From NCBI GenBank assembly GCA_030390025.1, contig CM059432.1:91762001-91826000 (forward strand): DNA of 64,000 nt, in the 5' to 3' direction. The position numbers were made by a program, and so were the translations under genes. The DNA is from Squalus acanthias (lineage: Eukaryota). Positions 1 through 13,357 of the stretch are shown in pieces. The notes below the pieces were generated by a model. The model had not been told where the DNA came from. It saw only the letters and a list, made by a program, of their open reading frames with translations, and did no database searches. Positions within the stretch are counted from its first letter, which is position 1. The number at the start of each line of letters is the position of its first letter.

Positions 1-250
1 GCGTGCACGATGAGAGCACCGTGTAATAGGAAAATGGCGTCACTCCCGCTCGCCGCGTGCGCCGCGGAAGTTTGTACTCATTGTAAATACGTTGGAAACT
101 CGACATGTTTAAGAGTTGGGATTTGTTTATTTTGGTGATGGTGTTGATTGTTTGGTTTCGGGTTTTGTTTTTCCTTTCCCTGAATAAAAGACAAATATAC
201 AGGTGATGCGTGAGGTATCGGCCTGGTTACGCCGGGAAGGAAAACAAGTG
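1..250. promoter_or_regulatory. CpG-rich promoter-like segment (gene not identifiable; could also be part of an LTR)
   Basis: High CpG density, a YY1-type AAAATGGCG at about 30-38 and an ETS-type CGGAAGT at about 64-70. No recognisable coding exon follows. Confidence 0.4.
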
Positions 251-563
251 GTGTAAGTTTAAGGGCAAATGATGCCTACGGTGATATAAAATGTGATTTT
301 CTTGGGAAATAAGGACGACACAGAGACCCTAGTTAAGTTAAAATTTATGGGATTAATTTACTGGATTCGGAGTGAAATCGAGATAAGATTGCTCACCACT
401 GTGATTTTTGATACGATAAGCGGAGTTATTCGCATCAACAGGAGGGACTGTAGAATTCGCAATATATCGCGATTTGATTAATAAGGAGAAAAACACAAAG
501 TTTCGTTCAAACAGCTTTTATTTCAGCAGAATGCTGACAGGTTTAAATTGGACACAAGCAGCC

Positions 564-2194
564 TGTAAAATGGCCGCCGCACCTCGTGACAGAACATTCT
601 AGACTTTTCAACAGGCAGACAAGATGGCGTTCCATTAAACGTTTTTTCAAGATCGATAACGATTCAGCACAGTGAAGATAATACACGAGACATTATGGGT
701 TTACAGTATAAACATAGATACTGAAATCGGTCTCCCAGGTACAAAGGAAAGCCATTGTACCGAGTAATCAAGGGCCCATCCAAAGGACATTAATATGTAA
801 ACTCCCAACGACTCTACGATGAGAGAGCCGTTAGCAGGTAGTTATACAGGACACTTGGAAGCCCCAAACCCCTCCAGGGAGAACACCGACCGATTTAACA
901 ATGGGAGAAGTATTAACAGGTACTCAAACATTCATGAGTAGCCCCGAAACCCATTAAGGACGGAGATCACCCATACAAGACATTTGGGCGCCAAACCCTA
1001 AACAAAAGAATGGACATTATAGTTGGGCGGGAAACGGAAGATTTTTGCACTATAATTGCAGGCCCCAAACCGTCCACTCGCTCTCTTGCCTCTTGCCTCG
1101 TGCTCTTGCTCTTGCTCCTGCATTCGCTCGCTTGCTCCTGTGCTTTTATCCGGTCGATTCGTAACCTCGTGGCTGCTCCTGTGTACTCGTAGTTGGGCTT
1201 CTGCGTGCCTGTTGCCTCTTCTGAAAAGACTGTTGCACTTTCTGATCCGTTCGGATCTACCTCGTGTCGCGTAACGAAGACCTATGTTGGTAACTGGCAG
1301 CGGAACCAAAGGCCCGAGATGAGATGAGATGAGATGAGAGGAGAAGAGAAGAAGACCATATCCATCGCCACGGTCAGTAAATCCCGACCGCGCCTGTAGG
1401 TCGATTAGCCAAGTTTTCCTCGCCAGGAAGATTTCTCTTTCGAACTTATAACGAAACATATTGCATCAATGATAACTGGACTGTGCCCAAAGCAACTGGA
1501 ACGTGCAAACATATCGTATCAATGATATTGACAACGGTGCTCCAAGATTAAACTGTGAAGCCCACCAACAGAGGTCTTCACCACAGCGGACGGTCCAGCC
1601 TACTAGCCGGAGCAGCAGAAGCAAGTAAACAAGTGGGACCAGGAGATCTCCTGACCGACACGTGGGTGCTGCGGTGAAAAACATCCGATCAGCTATTCGG
1701 AATTTCTCCGAGTTGTCACGAGTGGTGAGCATGAGTCTCGAGATCCTACGAAGCTAGTTTAGGATAGATATTGATAGGGGAGGGTTTAAAGATTAAGGAT
1801 ATTTGTAATGTGTGCCCCTATTTACGTTGTGCCGTTCGTTCCTCGTTTCCCTAAGATCGACTATATAACCGTTTGTAAGATTGTACTGTCATTAATCTGT
1901 GCTTATGACATGTATTTCATAATTTTAAGTATCATGCAATAAAGATTTTCCATTTCGTACCATTCAAACCAAGTCTACATGAGTTTTATCTCCATTACTG
2001 CTCTCGCATCTAAGTCCAGTGTCTAGAACCGTAAGGGAGAGTGATTCGAACCACTCACAGGTGTGTCTAGTGTTCCCAGACTGGCTGGAGACCAGAACAG
2101 GCAACCAGGCCTAGACCCGCACTGACATACAGGCTGCACAGAGCCGCGTGAATCTCACAGGCTACGAGACACGCAGGGTCAGGAATCCCTTACA
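564..2194 (+). mobile_element. Probable long LTR (ERV-like), left boundary uncertain (564 or 252)
   Basis: CpG-rich non-coding block ending in CCCTTACA (2194) directly before a CR1 fragment. TGTAA starts exist at 564 and 252. AATAAA at about 1938; internal (CTCTTG)n and (GAGAT)n tracts. No clean TSD found. Confidence 0.5.
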
Positions 2195-3372
2195 ATATGG
2201 TTGATGTTGTGTATATGGACTTTCAGAAGGCATTTGATCAAGTGCCACACTATAGACTTGTTAACAAAATTGAAGCCCATGGGATTAAAGGGACAGTGGC
2301 AGTGTGGATACAAAATTGGCTAAGAGACAGAAAGCAGAGTGTAGTGGTGAATGGTTGTGTATCAGACTGCAGGAAAGTATACACTGGAATCCCCCAGGGG
2401 TCAGTATCCCCCAGGGACCACTGTTCTTTTTGATATATATTAATGACCTGGACTTGTGTATAGGAGGCATAATTTCAAAGTCTGCAGATGACACAAAGCT
2501 TGGAAATGTAATAAACAGTGAGGACAGTAGCAGACTTCAGGAAGACATAGACAGACTGGTGAAATGGGCAGACACATGGCGGATTCAATTTAATGCAGAG
2601 ATGTGTGGTGATGCATTTTGGAAGGAAAAATGAGGCGAGGCAATATAAATTAAATGGTACAATTTTAAAAGGGGGACAGGAACAGAGAGACTTGGGGGTC
2701 CACATACACAAATCTTTGAAGGTGGCAGGACAAGTTGATAAGGCTGTTAAAAAAGCCTTGGCTTTATAAATAGAGGCAAAGAGTACAAAAGCAAGGAAGT
2801 TATGGTAAACGTTTATAAATCACTGGTTAGACATCAGCTAGAATATTGTGTTCAATTCTGGGCACCACACTTTAGGAAGGATGTCAAGGCCTTGGAGAGT
2901 TTGCAGAGTAGATTTACCAGAATGGTACCAGGGATGAAGGACTTCACTTATGTGGAGAGACTAGAAAAGCTGGGACTATTCTCCTTAGAACAGAGAAGGT
3001 TAAGGAGACATTTAACAGAGGTGTTCAAAATTATAAAGGGTTTTGATGGAGCAAATGAGAAGAAACTCATTTTCTCATGGTAACCAGAGGACACCGATTT
3101 AAGATAATTGGAAAATGAACCAGAAGGGAGAATTTTTTTTTACGTGGTGAGTTGTTATGATCTGGAATGCGCTGCCTGAAAGGGTGGTGGAAGCAGATTC
3201 AATAGTAACTTTCAAAAGAGAATTAGATAAATATTTGAAAAGGAAAAATTTGCAGGGCTAGGGGGGAAGACGAAGGGAGTAGGACTAACTGGCTAGTTCT
3301 TTCAAAGAGCTGGCACAGGATTGATGGGCTGAATGGCCTCCTTCTGTGCTGTATGAGTCTATGATTGATTCT
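2195..3372 (+). mobile_element. CR1 LINE, 5'-truncated (RT to 3' tail), frameshifted
   Basis: VDVVYMDFQKAFD, IYINDLD, ADDTK and LEYCVQFWAPH motifs spread over ORFs 2197, 2304 and 2802; CR1 3' UTR. Confidence 0.95.
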
Positions 3373-4872
3373 AGGTGCAGGGAGCAATTTATGGGACTCA
3401 TGTGCCATTCAAAGCCCCATTTAAAACCCCCTCAGGAAAGCAGCTGTCCCAACGGGACCAGATTCCGGCAGCATTTCTCTTGCAGTGGCAAAGGGTACTT
3501 GTCCCATGTCTGAAGCTTCCTCATGTGAAGGCATTGGAGGAGGCCTTATGACAGCAGGCTCAATATCATGCTCCAAAGAGTCACTGACATCTTGTAGCCC
3601 ACTGGTGCTGAGCATAAGCTCAAAGGAACTACTGGTCAGTGTTAGTACAGTCCGAATAGTCCCAGCCAGGTTCTGGAAGCCCTGTGAATGCATTCTGTTC
3701 AAAGCATCTATGGCAGTGCTGTAAGCACAGGAAGCTACCAATGTCCTTAAAAGTTGTTCCTGGAAGCTTGATGCTGTAGAAATCTCCTGTGAAAGCATAG
3801 TCTCCAGGGTGTTCTGCAGGTCATGGGAAACTTCCTGCAATGTGATGCAGGTGCAAATAGTGAGCTCCTCCTAATCGTGCATCATCTCAACCATATGCAT
3901 GGAAATTGGCTCCACTGCCTGCACATGAGATTGATGCCTCGAATCATAGTTCTTTTATGGCCCTGAGATCTGGGTCCATGGATTCCTCAGCCAAAGGTGG
4001 TTGTTTCTCCACACTCCATGGAGGAATAGCACTCTTCCTGTCTTCCACACCCAGGTTCTCATTATCACTAGTGTGCAGTGCATTAGCCAATGACAGCCCT
4101 TCTGGCTGATGAGCTACTTTCTCCTGAGTGAACGTCCCTGTGTTGGTGCTTGCATAAGTCAGATGCTATGAGGCAGTGCTGAAGAAGTGAAAGCAGTTGT
4201 GGTTGGGTTTCCGGCAGCAAATTCCCCAATAGAAGTTCCTGGTGGTCATCATCATGGCTGGCCTCTTCCTACAAGGCACCTCCTATGATGTGAAACACAG
4301 AAGAGCTGGTTTAGCCTACTTGTTTACCCTACTTCATCTGAGCCTATCAGCATATCCTTCTATTCCCCTTTGAAGAAATAGCAGCTCAGTATAAGGTTAT
4401 TGCAATACTTTGAGAAAGCACAAGACTGCCTTGATGCGCATTTCCCAGCTTTTACCAACCATCTGTTGCTACCTCAACTCCAACCTCACCCTCTTCTACA
4501 GATTCTCCTTCCTGCCTGTCCATAATTTGCAGCACCTGGTCTTCATTTGCATTTTTCAGTATTGCTACTCCTTCCACCGGTTGGTGCTGGTTGTAGGCCC
4601 TTTTCTCCTTCAGAGGGTGAGAAGACAATGTTAGTGGCATCTGAGTGGAAAGATAATTTGCCCAGTAGGAGTGCATGCCTCCAATGTTGATGAGATATGG
4701 AAGTGCATTGTCCCTTTAAATGAACTGTCCTCGAGGACTAGCTGTAGCCTTGTGGCAGTCAATGTGAGTTGGCAGAGTGGTTTTGAGTTAAGAAGGTGGT
4801 TGAGTGTTTGCAGAGATTGCCACTTGCAGAAGTGAGTTCCCCTGACACCCAGGTGCTGGGATGAAAAGACTA

Positions 4873-5047
4873 CGAGGGAAAAATGGAGTCGCACCCGCTT
4901 TGGGGCGCTAACTTCGCCAGGGCGCTACTTTTAGCGCCCCGGAAAAATTAGCGCCCCCGCTGCCAAAATTCATCAGTAGCACCCCAAGAGGGAAGCGGGG
5001 CGCTACTGGAAGCTAACGGGAGGCGCAAACCAACCGAATTTTTCCCC
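4873..5047. mobile_element. Short Harbinger MITE, internal-deletion form of the 30585-31289 element
   Basis: Both ends match those of 30585-31289; CTA on both flanks (4870-72, 5048-50); GGGGCGCTA/TAGCGCCCC motifs. Confidence 0.85.
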
Positions 5048-5112
5048 CTAAGATAGTTAAGGAGATGAGTGAAGGCTGTATGAGTGATAGAGAATTTTTT
5101 TGTGTGCATTGT

Positions 5113-5482
5113 AAGAACATAAGAACATAAGAACATAAGAAGTAGGAGCAGGAGTAGGCCATACGACCCTTCGGGCCTGCTCCGCCATTCAATAGGATCA
5201 TGGCTGATCCGAACCTGGACTCACGCCCACTTCCCTGCCCGCTCCCCATAACCCTTAATTCCCTTATCAGCTAGGAAACTATCTATCTCCGTTTTAAATT
5301 TATTTAATGTCGCAGCTTCCACAGCTCTCTGAGGTAGCAAATTCCATAGATTTACTACCCTCTGAGTGAAGAAGTTTCTCCTCATCTCAGTTTTGAAACG
5401 GCAGCCCCTTATTCTAAGATTATGCCCCCTAGTTCTAGTCTCACCCATCAGTGGAAACATCTTCCCCGCATCCACCCGATCA
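5113..5482 (-). mobile_element. CR1 LINE 3' end with (AAGAACAT)n tail
   Basis: [28 protein letters not shown] motif; octamer tail at 5113-5140. Confidence 0.95.
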
Positions 5483-6220
5483 AAGAGTACCAGGACACAC
5501 CTTAGTCTTTGTGAGGTCATTGAACCCCTTTCAGCACTGCATGACAGTTCTGGGGGTGGTGGAGGTAGCACTGGCTGCACCACCCTCTTATGGGGCTTCC
5601 TGCCTTAGTGCCTAAAAACCTTGGTGTTTCTGACTCTTATAAATGCTTCCCCGGAACAGTACTTCCCTCCCTCCCAGTGGCAGTAAGTCTTTTGAGAGTG
5701 GCATTACTTCTCCAAACCAGCCTTGCATAGCAAAGGAGGGCCCTACAAGCAAATTGTAGCAGGTTAGTAGTTCTTTCACATTGGTGGGTGTTATTCCTGC
5801 TCCGACACTAATCTGCCAATGGAAGGGAAATCCAGACCATAGATTGTAATGTGTTGAAACTGAATTTGCTTGAATCCTTTTCATTAAATTTAGTCAAATT
5901 TTTCAAAATGAAGTTTCTAGAATGTGTGATATTTGAAAGTATTTTTGCACTTTTTAAGTAGGGTATAAAACTTAACACAGTGAATCACTGTGGAAATGAC
6001 TGGCTCTGTAGCATCTGACATTTACCATAGATCCGTAAATTTTTATCACAGCTGAGGATCGTTTAGTATTACGGAACAAGTAATCAGATGAACATCGAGG
6101 TAAAAAAACCTAAAGTGACATCAGCACAAGGGAAGGAGCTGATTGGTGAGTAGCTGGTGATTGTTTTTTTTTAAGTCTTGAGTTTATTTCTATTAAGTTA
6201 GTTAAAAGTCTATTTAATTC

Positions 6221-6853
6221 TCTTGACAGATGATCTGCATCCCTGGGAAAAGGGCCTCCGCGGGCAGAGGGTTGTGCTATTTGCCCAGCTTCTGCCCAGC
6301 AAATGCCCGTGAAATTCTTATGCCTGGTAACAGCAGGCGTAAGGCCTGCTTTTACCAGCGTAAGACTTTTAAAAAATAGAAAAATAAAATTGTATCACTC
6401 ATTTATACATTACAAACCCTGTCCAATAAGGTAAGTTTATTTTAGCCCCGTTAAAACAGATACATTTTTTCAAAAAATTACATTTTTGTTTAAAATATTT
6501 AATTAAATGGCATTTTAATTAATTTTAAATATGTAATTTTTTTAAATGTATTTCATGTGTTCGTGTATCTTTTAAGTGATCCCCATTCCTACTTATGGGG
6601 ATTCCGTACGTACGCAACCCACATAAGTATGACTGGGGATTCACCTTCTTTCATTGGTTGGGCCGGCCCACGTGATCCCAGGGGCGCTTGCGAACCGCAT
6701 GCACCCGAGATACGTGGGCCTCTACCCACGGGTACTCGGAGAGGCCCAGGAGCGCGAATCTACGAAACTCCCAGACCACCAGGTAAATTCGTAGATTTTT
6801 TGCAGGTCGGAGGCATCCGCCCGCGGGAAGCCTCCGAATGCAAATTTTGGGCC
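6221..6853. mobile_element. Harbinger-type MITE lacking its left end (same family as 31926-32852)
   Basis: Colinear similarity to 31993-32852 and the same right terminus (GCAAATTTTGGGCC). Confidence 0.8.
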
Positions 6854-6869
6854 AATGTTTCCACCCAAT

Positions 6870-8560
6870 TCGATACCCACCTTGGCCCAACCATCTTTAA
6901 CTGCCTCATCAATAACGTTCCCTCCATCATAAGATCAGGGGACTGTTTGCTGAAAATTCCACAATGCTCAGCTCCAAACTCCTCCATTCACAACTCTTCC
7001 TCTTCAGTCCCCGCCACAAACTCTGTTCCCTAGCCACCGACTCCATCCCTCTCCCTGGCAACTGTCTGAGGCTGAACCAGACTATTCGCAACCTTGGTCT
7101 CAGATTTGACCCCGAAATGAGCTTCTGACCACATATCCATGCCATCACTAAGACCACCTATTTCCGTCTCATGAACATCGCTTGACTCCACCCCTGCCTC
7201 AGCTCATCTGCTGCTGAAACCCTCATCCATGCCTTTAGGGAAGGAAATCTGCCGCCCTTACCCGGTCTGGCCTATATGTGACTCCAGACCCACAGCAATG
7301 CGGTTGACTCTTAACTGCTCTCTGAAATGGCCTAGCAAGCCACTCAGTTGTATCAAAACCACTAGGACAAACAATAAAACCTTCACCTCATGGACTGCAG
7401 CAGTTCAAGAAGGCAGCTTACCACCACCTTCTGAAGGGCAATTAGGAATGGGCAATAAATGCCGGCCTTGCCAGCGACGCCCACATCCCATGAATGAATT
7501 TAAAAACAATCTCTGTAATCTCCTCCAGCCCCACAACCCTCCAAGGTATCTGGGCTCCTCTAATTCTGGCCTCTTGAGCATTTCCGATTTTAATCACTCC
7601 ATCATTGGTGGCCATGCCTTCAGCTGCCAAGTCCCTAAGCTCTGGAATTTCCTCCTTAAACCTCTTCACCTCTCTACCTTTTTTTCCTCCTTTAAGACAC
7701 TCCTTAAAACCTACCTCTATGAACAGTCATCTGCCCTAATATCTACTTATGTGGCTTAGTGTCTAATTTTGTTATATAACACTCCAGTGAGGCACCTTGG
7801 GACATTTTACTACGTTAAAGATGCTATTTAAATAAAAGTTGTTGTTGATAATGAGATAGTCCAATGCCAGCCTACAGCAGGACCTGAATAATATCCAGCC
7901 TTGGGCTGAGAAGTGGCAGGTAAGATTTGCACTACATAAGTGGCAGGTAATGATCATCTCGAACAAGAGGAAGCCCAACCACCTCCTCTTGACCTTCAAC
8001 AGCACGACCAGTGCTGAGTCCCCCACCATCAACATCTTGTGTGTCACCACTGACCAGAAGCTTAACTGAACCAGCCATATCAACACCATGGCTACAGGAG
8101 CAGGGCAGAGGCTGGGTAACCTGTATTAAATGACATATATTCTGACTCCTCAATCCTATCCACCATCTACAAAGCTCAAGTCAGGAATGTGATGGAATAC
8201 TGACCATTTGCCTGGATAGATGCAGCCTCAAAAACACTCAAGAAGCTGGACACCATCTAGTACAGAGCAGTGCACTTGATTTGTGTGCCTGCCACTGGAC
8301 CCAATATCCACCGTCTCCACCATTACATTAAAGGCACTATATAAATACAAATTGTTGATGTTAACATGTAAGTTGGGGGTCAGCCTTTTTAAAATTAATT
8401 TTTGGGATGTGAGCTTTGCTGGCAAGGCCGGTCTTTATTTTCCATCCATGGTTGCCCTAAGAAGGTGGTGGTGGGCCTTCTTCTTGAACTGCTGCAGTCC
8501 GAATGGTCAATGTGCTTCCATAATGCTGTTAGGTAGGGAGTTCCCAGATTTTGCCTTGTG
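6870..8560. mobile_element. Mosaic of L2-like and single-ORF LINE fragments, including a SINE-like bipartite element at about 7233-7505
   Basis: RT pieces (LGPTIFNCLINN). L2-type 3' end (FKTLLKTYL..GCTAT..AAATAAAAGTTGTTG). 7233-7505 matches both the 5' and 3' ends of the 10264-13330 LINE. Confidence 0.8.
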
Positions 8561-8987
8561 TGCAATGCCAAAAGCGAAGGAGAGGTATGTGTTGTGAAAT
8601 ATTTTGAGTGAATGAAGTAAGAATTGGATGAATTAGTGAAAAGTTACAGATGTCAGTGTGATGCTAATCTCTCTACTATGATCTGATTATAATCCTAGCA
8701 TGAAATGGATTTAAGGCTAAGTGGAAACTATGATGAAATATAAGAAAGAGAGCACAGCTGCTAATACTACAGAAAAAGTATTAAATTGGCAACAACAAGT
8801 TCCTTCAAAATGATTAAGTGTGGAGGAAGTAAGTAATACAGAAACTATTTTATACTGTTTTTTCTGGATGAGCCAGTTTATTTAACATGAACCACTGGAA
8901 GATAATTATAAATCATGAATATAAGCACATTTTCAAACTAGGGAAAATAATGGAAAAAGTGCCTTGCTTTTTTTGAGATAGAAACGA

Positions 8988-9651
8988 GGGCCTAGAAAAG
9001 TCATGTGTGAACCCAGCGGCAATTGCAAATGGCCATGCTGAGACTGATGACCAAGAGGACCATGCAAAATCAGGACACCATTGGCATCCCCAGCACGCCA
9101 GTCGCGCCCCAAGAAGCCATGCACCAGTCAAGAAGAGGATGAAGATTGGTGGTCAGCACCGGTGCAACAGTAAGTCCAGGAAGTGGGGGAGGAATTTAGA
9201 AGGGGGGAGCGGTGAGCTGTTGCTGACAGCGGCCCGCAGGGTTAATGTAGAACTAGGAAATTTATTGCTCTTCTTCTGGCTCCGCATTCAGGTAAGTAAA
9301 ATATTTTCACTTACCTGGTTGGTGGCGGACTCCAGCAGTATCTTTTTAAAGATCATTGATTTATCTGCCGTGCTCCTGATAAATTTGACCACAGCATGCA
9401 TGCCACATGCTGCAGTGAGTCGCCAACCAATTTCAGGAATGGGCCTAAAGAAGGCGTTAGGTCCCTAATCTTCATAGGCAATGGTCCTAACGTCTATTTC
9501 AGATGGGCACCCTGGATGACTACAGCACACTCCAACCAATAAGGGGTGCAGCGCATACCCAGCACGAATGAGCGTGCGTATGCCACATGCCATATTGGAC
9601 CCTATTTTTTCACCTGAAAAATGGGCGCTGCACAGTCAAATTTCTAGGCTC
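8988..9651. mobile_element. Old Harbinger-type MITE
   Basis: Terminal inverted GGGCCTAGAAA / TTTCTAGGCTC; TSD not conserved. Confidence 0.55.
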
Positions 9652-10263
9652 AGGATTTCTTTCAAGGCAGAAGATATTAGTATCCTGTATTAGATCATCT
9701 CAGATTGCATGCCATGAAACTGGATATGTATCATGTACATTTTTAAATTACCTTTGCTGGAACTAAGTGATTTTGTCAGTAGCAATGGGAATCCAATCTT
9801 TTTTGAATAAACATTCATAAATTTCTGTAAAATCTATATACATATAACAATTTTGTGATACATCAATCATAGGTGTTGCCTCATCACACATGCAGATTTC
9901 TATGTTACACATTTTTAAAAAAAATAATATAAAACAACAAAAGTCAGTTATTTACTGCTTCCTTCACAGAAACTTCAAAACAGAGAATAAACTCTAATTG
10001 ACGTCAGGCTGTACCGAAGAGCAACTACTCTCCAATTCAACTCAGGATGTCCTTATTTGCAACAATCAGACCTTATAGTTTTCAAAGGGAATGCTGGTTA
10101 CAAACAGCTCAACCTTAGCAGCAGAATAATACATTGTGTACAACAGGATGCAATGCTCTTGTCCTTAAAAAACAGCACATCCTCTGACTTACTGTGTACA
10201 AAATCACAGGAGTTTCACTAAAATAAGATTACGTTTACTGATAAATTTCGTGTTGAATTCAGT

Positions 10264-13200
10264 TTTCTTTTATTCGTTCATGGGATCTGGGCATCGCTGG
10301 CAAGGCCAGCATTTATTGCCCATCCCTAATTGCCCTTGAGAAGGTGATGGTGAGTTGCCTTCTTGAACTGCTACAGTCCGTGTGGTGAAGGTACTCCCAC
10401 AGTGCTGTTAGGCAGGGAGTTCCAGGATTTTGACCCAGCGACGATGAAGGAACGGCGATATATTTCCAAGTCAGGATGGTGTGTGACTTGGAGCGGAACT
10501 TGCAGGTGGTGGTTTTCCCATGCACCTGCTGCCCTTGTCCTTCTAGGTGGTAGAGGTCGCGAGTTTGGGAGGTGCTGCCGAAGAAGCCTTGGCGAGTTGC
10601 TGCAGTCCATCTTGTAGATGGTACACACTGCAGCCATGGTACGCCGGTGGTGGAGGGAGGGAATGTTTAAGGTGGTGGATGGGGTACCAATCAAGCGGGC
10701 AGCTTTGTATTGGATGGTGTCGAGCTTCTTGAGTGTTGTTGGAGCCGCACTCATCCAGGCAAGTGGAGAGTATTCCATCACACTCCTTACTTGTGCCTTG
10801 TAGATGGTGGAAAGGCTTTGGGGAGTCAGGAGGTGAGACACTCGCCACAGCATACGTAGCCTCTGACCTGCTCTTGTTGCCACAGTATTTATGTGGCTGG
10901 TCCAGTTAAGTTTCTGGTCAATGGTGACCCCCAGGATGTTGATGGTGGGGGATTCAGCGATGGTAATGCCGTTGAATGTCAAGGGGTGGTGGTTAGACTC
11001 TCGCTTGTTGGAGATAGTCATTGCCTGGCACTTGTGTGGCGCGAATGTTACCTGCCACGTATCAGCCCAAGCTTGAATGTCGTCCAGGTCTTGTTGCATG
11101 CGGGCATGGACTGCTTCATTATCTGAGGAGTTGTGAATGGCACTGAACACTGGCAGTCATCAGAGAACATCCCCATTTCTGACCTTATGTTGGAGGGAAG
11201 GTCATTGATGAAGCAGCTGAAGATGGTTGGACCTAGGACACTGCCCTGAGGAACTCCTGCAGTGATGTCCTGGGGCTCTGATGGTTGACCTCCAACCACC
11301 ACAACCATCTTCCTTTGTGCTCGGTATGACTCCAGCCAGTGGAGAGTTTTCTCCCCCGATTCCTACTGACTTCAGTTTTACTCGGGCTCCTTGATGCCAC
11401 ACTCGGTCAAATGCTGCCTTGATGTCAAGGGCAGTCACTCTCAACTCACCTCTGGAATTCAGCTCCTTTGTTCATGTTTGGACCAAGGCTGTAATGAGGT
11501 CTAGAGCCGAGTGGTCCTGGCGGAAATCAAACTGGGCATCAGTGAGCAGGTTATTGGTGAGTAAGTGCCACTTGATAGCATTGTCGATGACACCTTCCAT
11601 CACTTTGCTGATGATTGAGAGTAGACTGATGGGGCGGTAATTGCCTGGATTGGATTTGTCCTGCTTTTTGTGGATAGGACATACCTGGGCAGTTTTCCAT
11701 ATTGTCAGGATAGATGCCAGTGTTGTAGCTGTACTGGAACAGCTTGGCTAGAGGCGCGGCTAGTTCTGGAGCACAAGTCTTCAGCACGACAGCCGGGATG
11801 TTGTCGGGGCCCATAGCCTTTGCTGTATCCAGTGTGCTCAGCTGTTTCTTGATATCACGTGGAGTGAATCAAATTGGCTGAAGACTGGCTTCTGTGATGG
11901 TGGGGCACCTCAGGAGGAGGCCGATATGGATCATCCACTCGGCACGTCTGGCTGAAGATTATTGCAAACGCTTCAGCCTTGTCTTTTGCACTCACGTGTT
12001 GGGCTCCACCATCATTGAGGATGGGGATGTTCATGGAGCCTCCTCCTCCTGTTAGTTGTTTAATGACTGGATGTGGCAGGACTGCACACCTCATTTTTTT
12101 TAGATACGCCTGGTGCTGCTCCTGGCATGTTCTTCTACACTCCTTATTGGACCAGGGTTGGTCCCCTGACTTGATGGTAATGGTAGAGTGAGGGATATGC
12201 CAGGCCATGAGGTTACAGATTGTGATGGAATACAATTCTGCTCCTGCTGATGGCCCACAGCGCTTCATGGATGCCCAATTTTGAGCTGCTAGATCTGTTC
12301 TGAATATATCCCATTTAACATGGTGGTAGTGCCACACAACACGATGGAGGGTGTCCTCAGTGTGAAGACGGGACTTCGTCTCCACAATGACTGTGCGGTG
12401 ATCACTGCTACCAATGCTGTCATGGACAGATGCATCTGCAACAGGTAGATTGGTGAGGATGAGGTCAAGTAGGTTTTTCCCTCATGTTGGTTCTCTCACC
12501 ACCTGTCGCAGGCCCAGACTGGCAGTTATGTCCTTCAGGACTCGGCCAGCTCGGTCAGTAGTGGTGCTACCAAGCCATTCTTGGTGATGGACATTGAAAT
12601 CCCCCGCCCATAATACATTCTGTGCCCTTGCTACTCTCAATGCTTCTTCCAAGTGGTGTTCAACATGGAGGAGTACTGATTTATCAGCTGAGGGAGGGCG
12701 GTAAGTGGTAATCAGCAGGAGGTTTCCTTGCCCATGCTTGACCTGAAGCCATGAGACTTCATGGGGTCCGGAGTCAATGTTGAGGACTCCCTCCAGGGCC
12801 ACTCCTTCCCGACTGTATACCACAGTGCCGACACCCCTGGTGGGTCTGTCTTGCCAGTGGGACAGGACATACCCAGGGATGGTGATGGAGGAGTTTGTGA
12901 CATTGGCTGAAAGGTATGATTCTGTGAGTATGACTATGGCAGGCTTGACTAGTCTGTGGGACAGCTCTTCCAATTTTGGCACAAGTCCCCAGTTGTTGGT
13001 AAGGAGGACTTTGCAGGGTCGACGGCTGGGTGTGCCATTGTCATGTCTGTAGCCGGTGCCGAGGTCGATGCCAGGTGGTCCGTCCGGTTTTATTCTTCTT
13101 ATTGTTTTTTGTAGCAGTTTGTTACAACTGAGTGGCTTGCTAGACCATTTCAGAGGGCAATTAAGAGTCAACCACATTGCGGTGTGTCTGGAGTCACATA

Positions 13201-13330
13201 TAGGCCAGACCAGGTAAGGACAGCAGATTTCCTTTCCTAAAGGACATTAGTGAACCAGATGAGTTTTTACGACAATCCGATAGTTTCATGGTCACCAATA
13301 CTGATACTAGCTTTTTTATTCCAGTTTATA
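10264..13330 (-). mobile_element. Near-full-length non-LTR retrotransposon (APE endonuclease + RT, no ORF1 seen), multiply frameshifted
   Basis: APE motifs (ILTESYL, TTYRPP, GDFNVHH) in ORF 12482-13177. RT motifs ([27 protein letters not shown]) in ORFs 11048-11444. C-terminal ORF 10371-11150. 3' tail CCCATGAACGAATAAA. Confidence 0.92.
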
Positions 13331-13357
13331 ATAAATACAAAAAATTTAGATTTAGTA

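Larger units (their letters stand above)
3410..5760 (-). mobile_element. Degenerate Harbinger Myb/SANT gene (3 exons), with a CR1 and a MITE nested in intron 1
   Basis: Exon 1 remnant RTVMQC*KGFNDLTKTK followed by GT near 5495. Exon 2 remnant KEKRAYN near 4610. Acidic/coiled-coil exon 3 remnant (ORF 3421-3840). Same layout as the better-preserved copies. Confidence 0.65.

Noticed and set aside
34..140. Short ORF MASLPLAACAAEVCTH... as the first exon of a host gene
   Set aside because: No recognisable protein, weak donor, and no downstream exons identified.
998..1459. 153-aa minus-strand ORF and overlapping ORFs
   Set aside because: Driven by microsatellites inside the LTR-like block; no domain.
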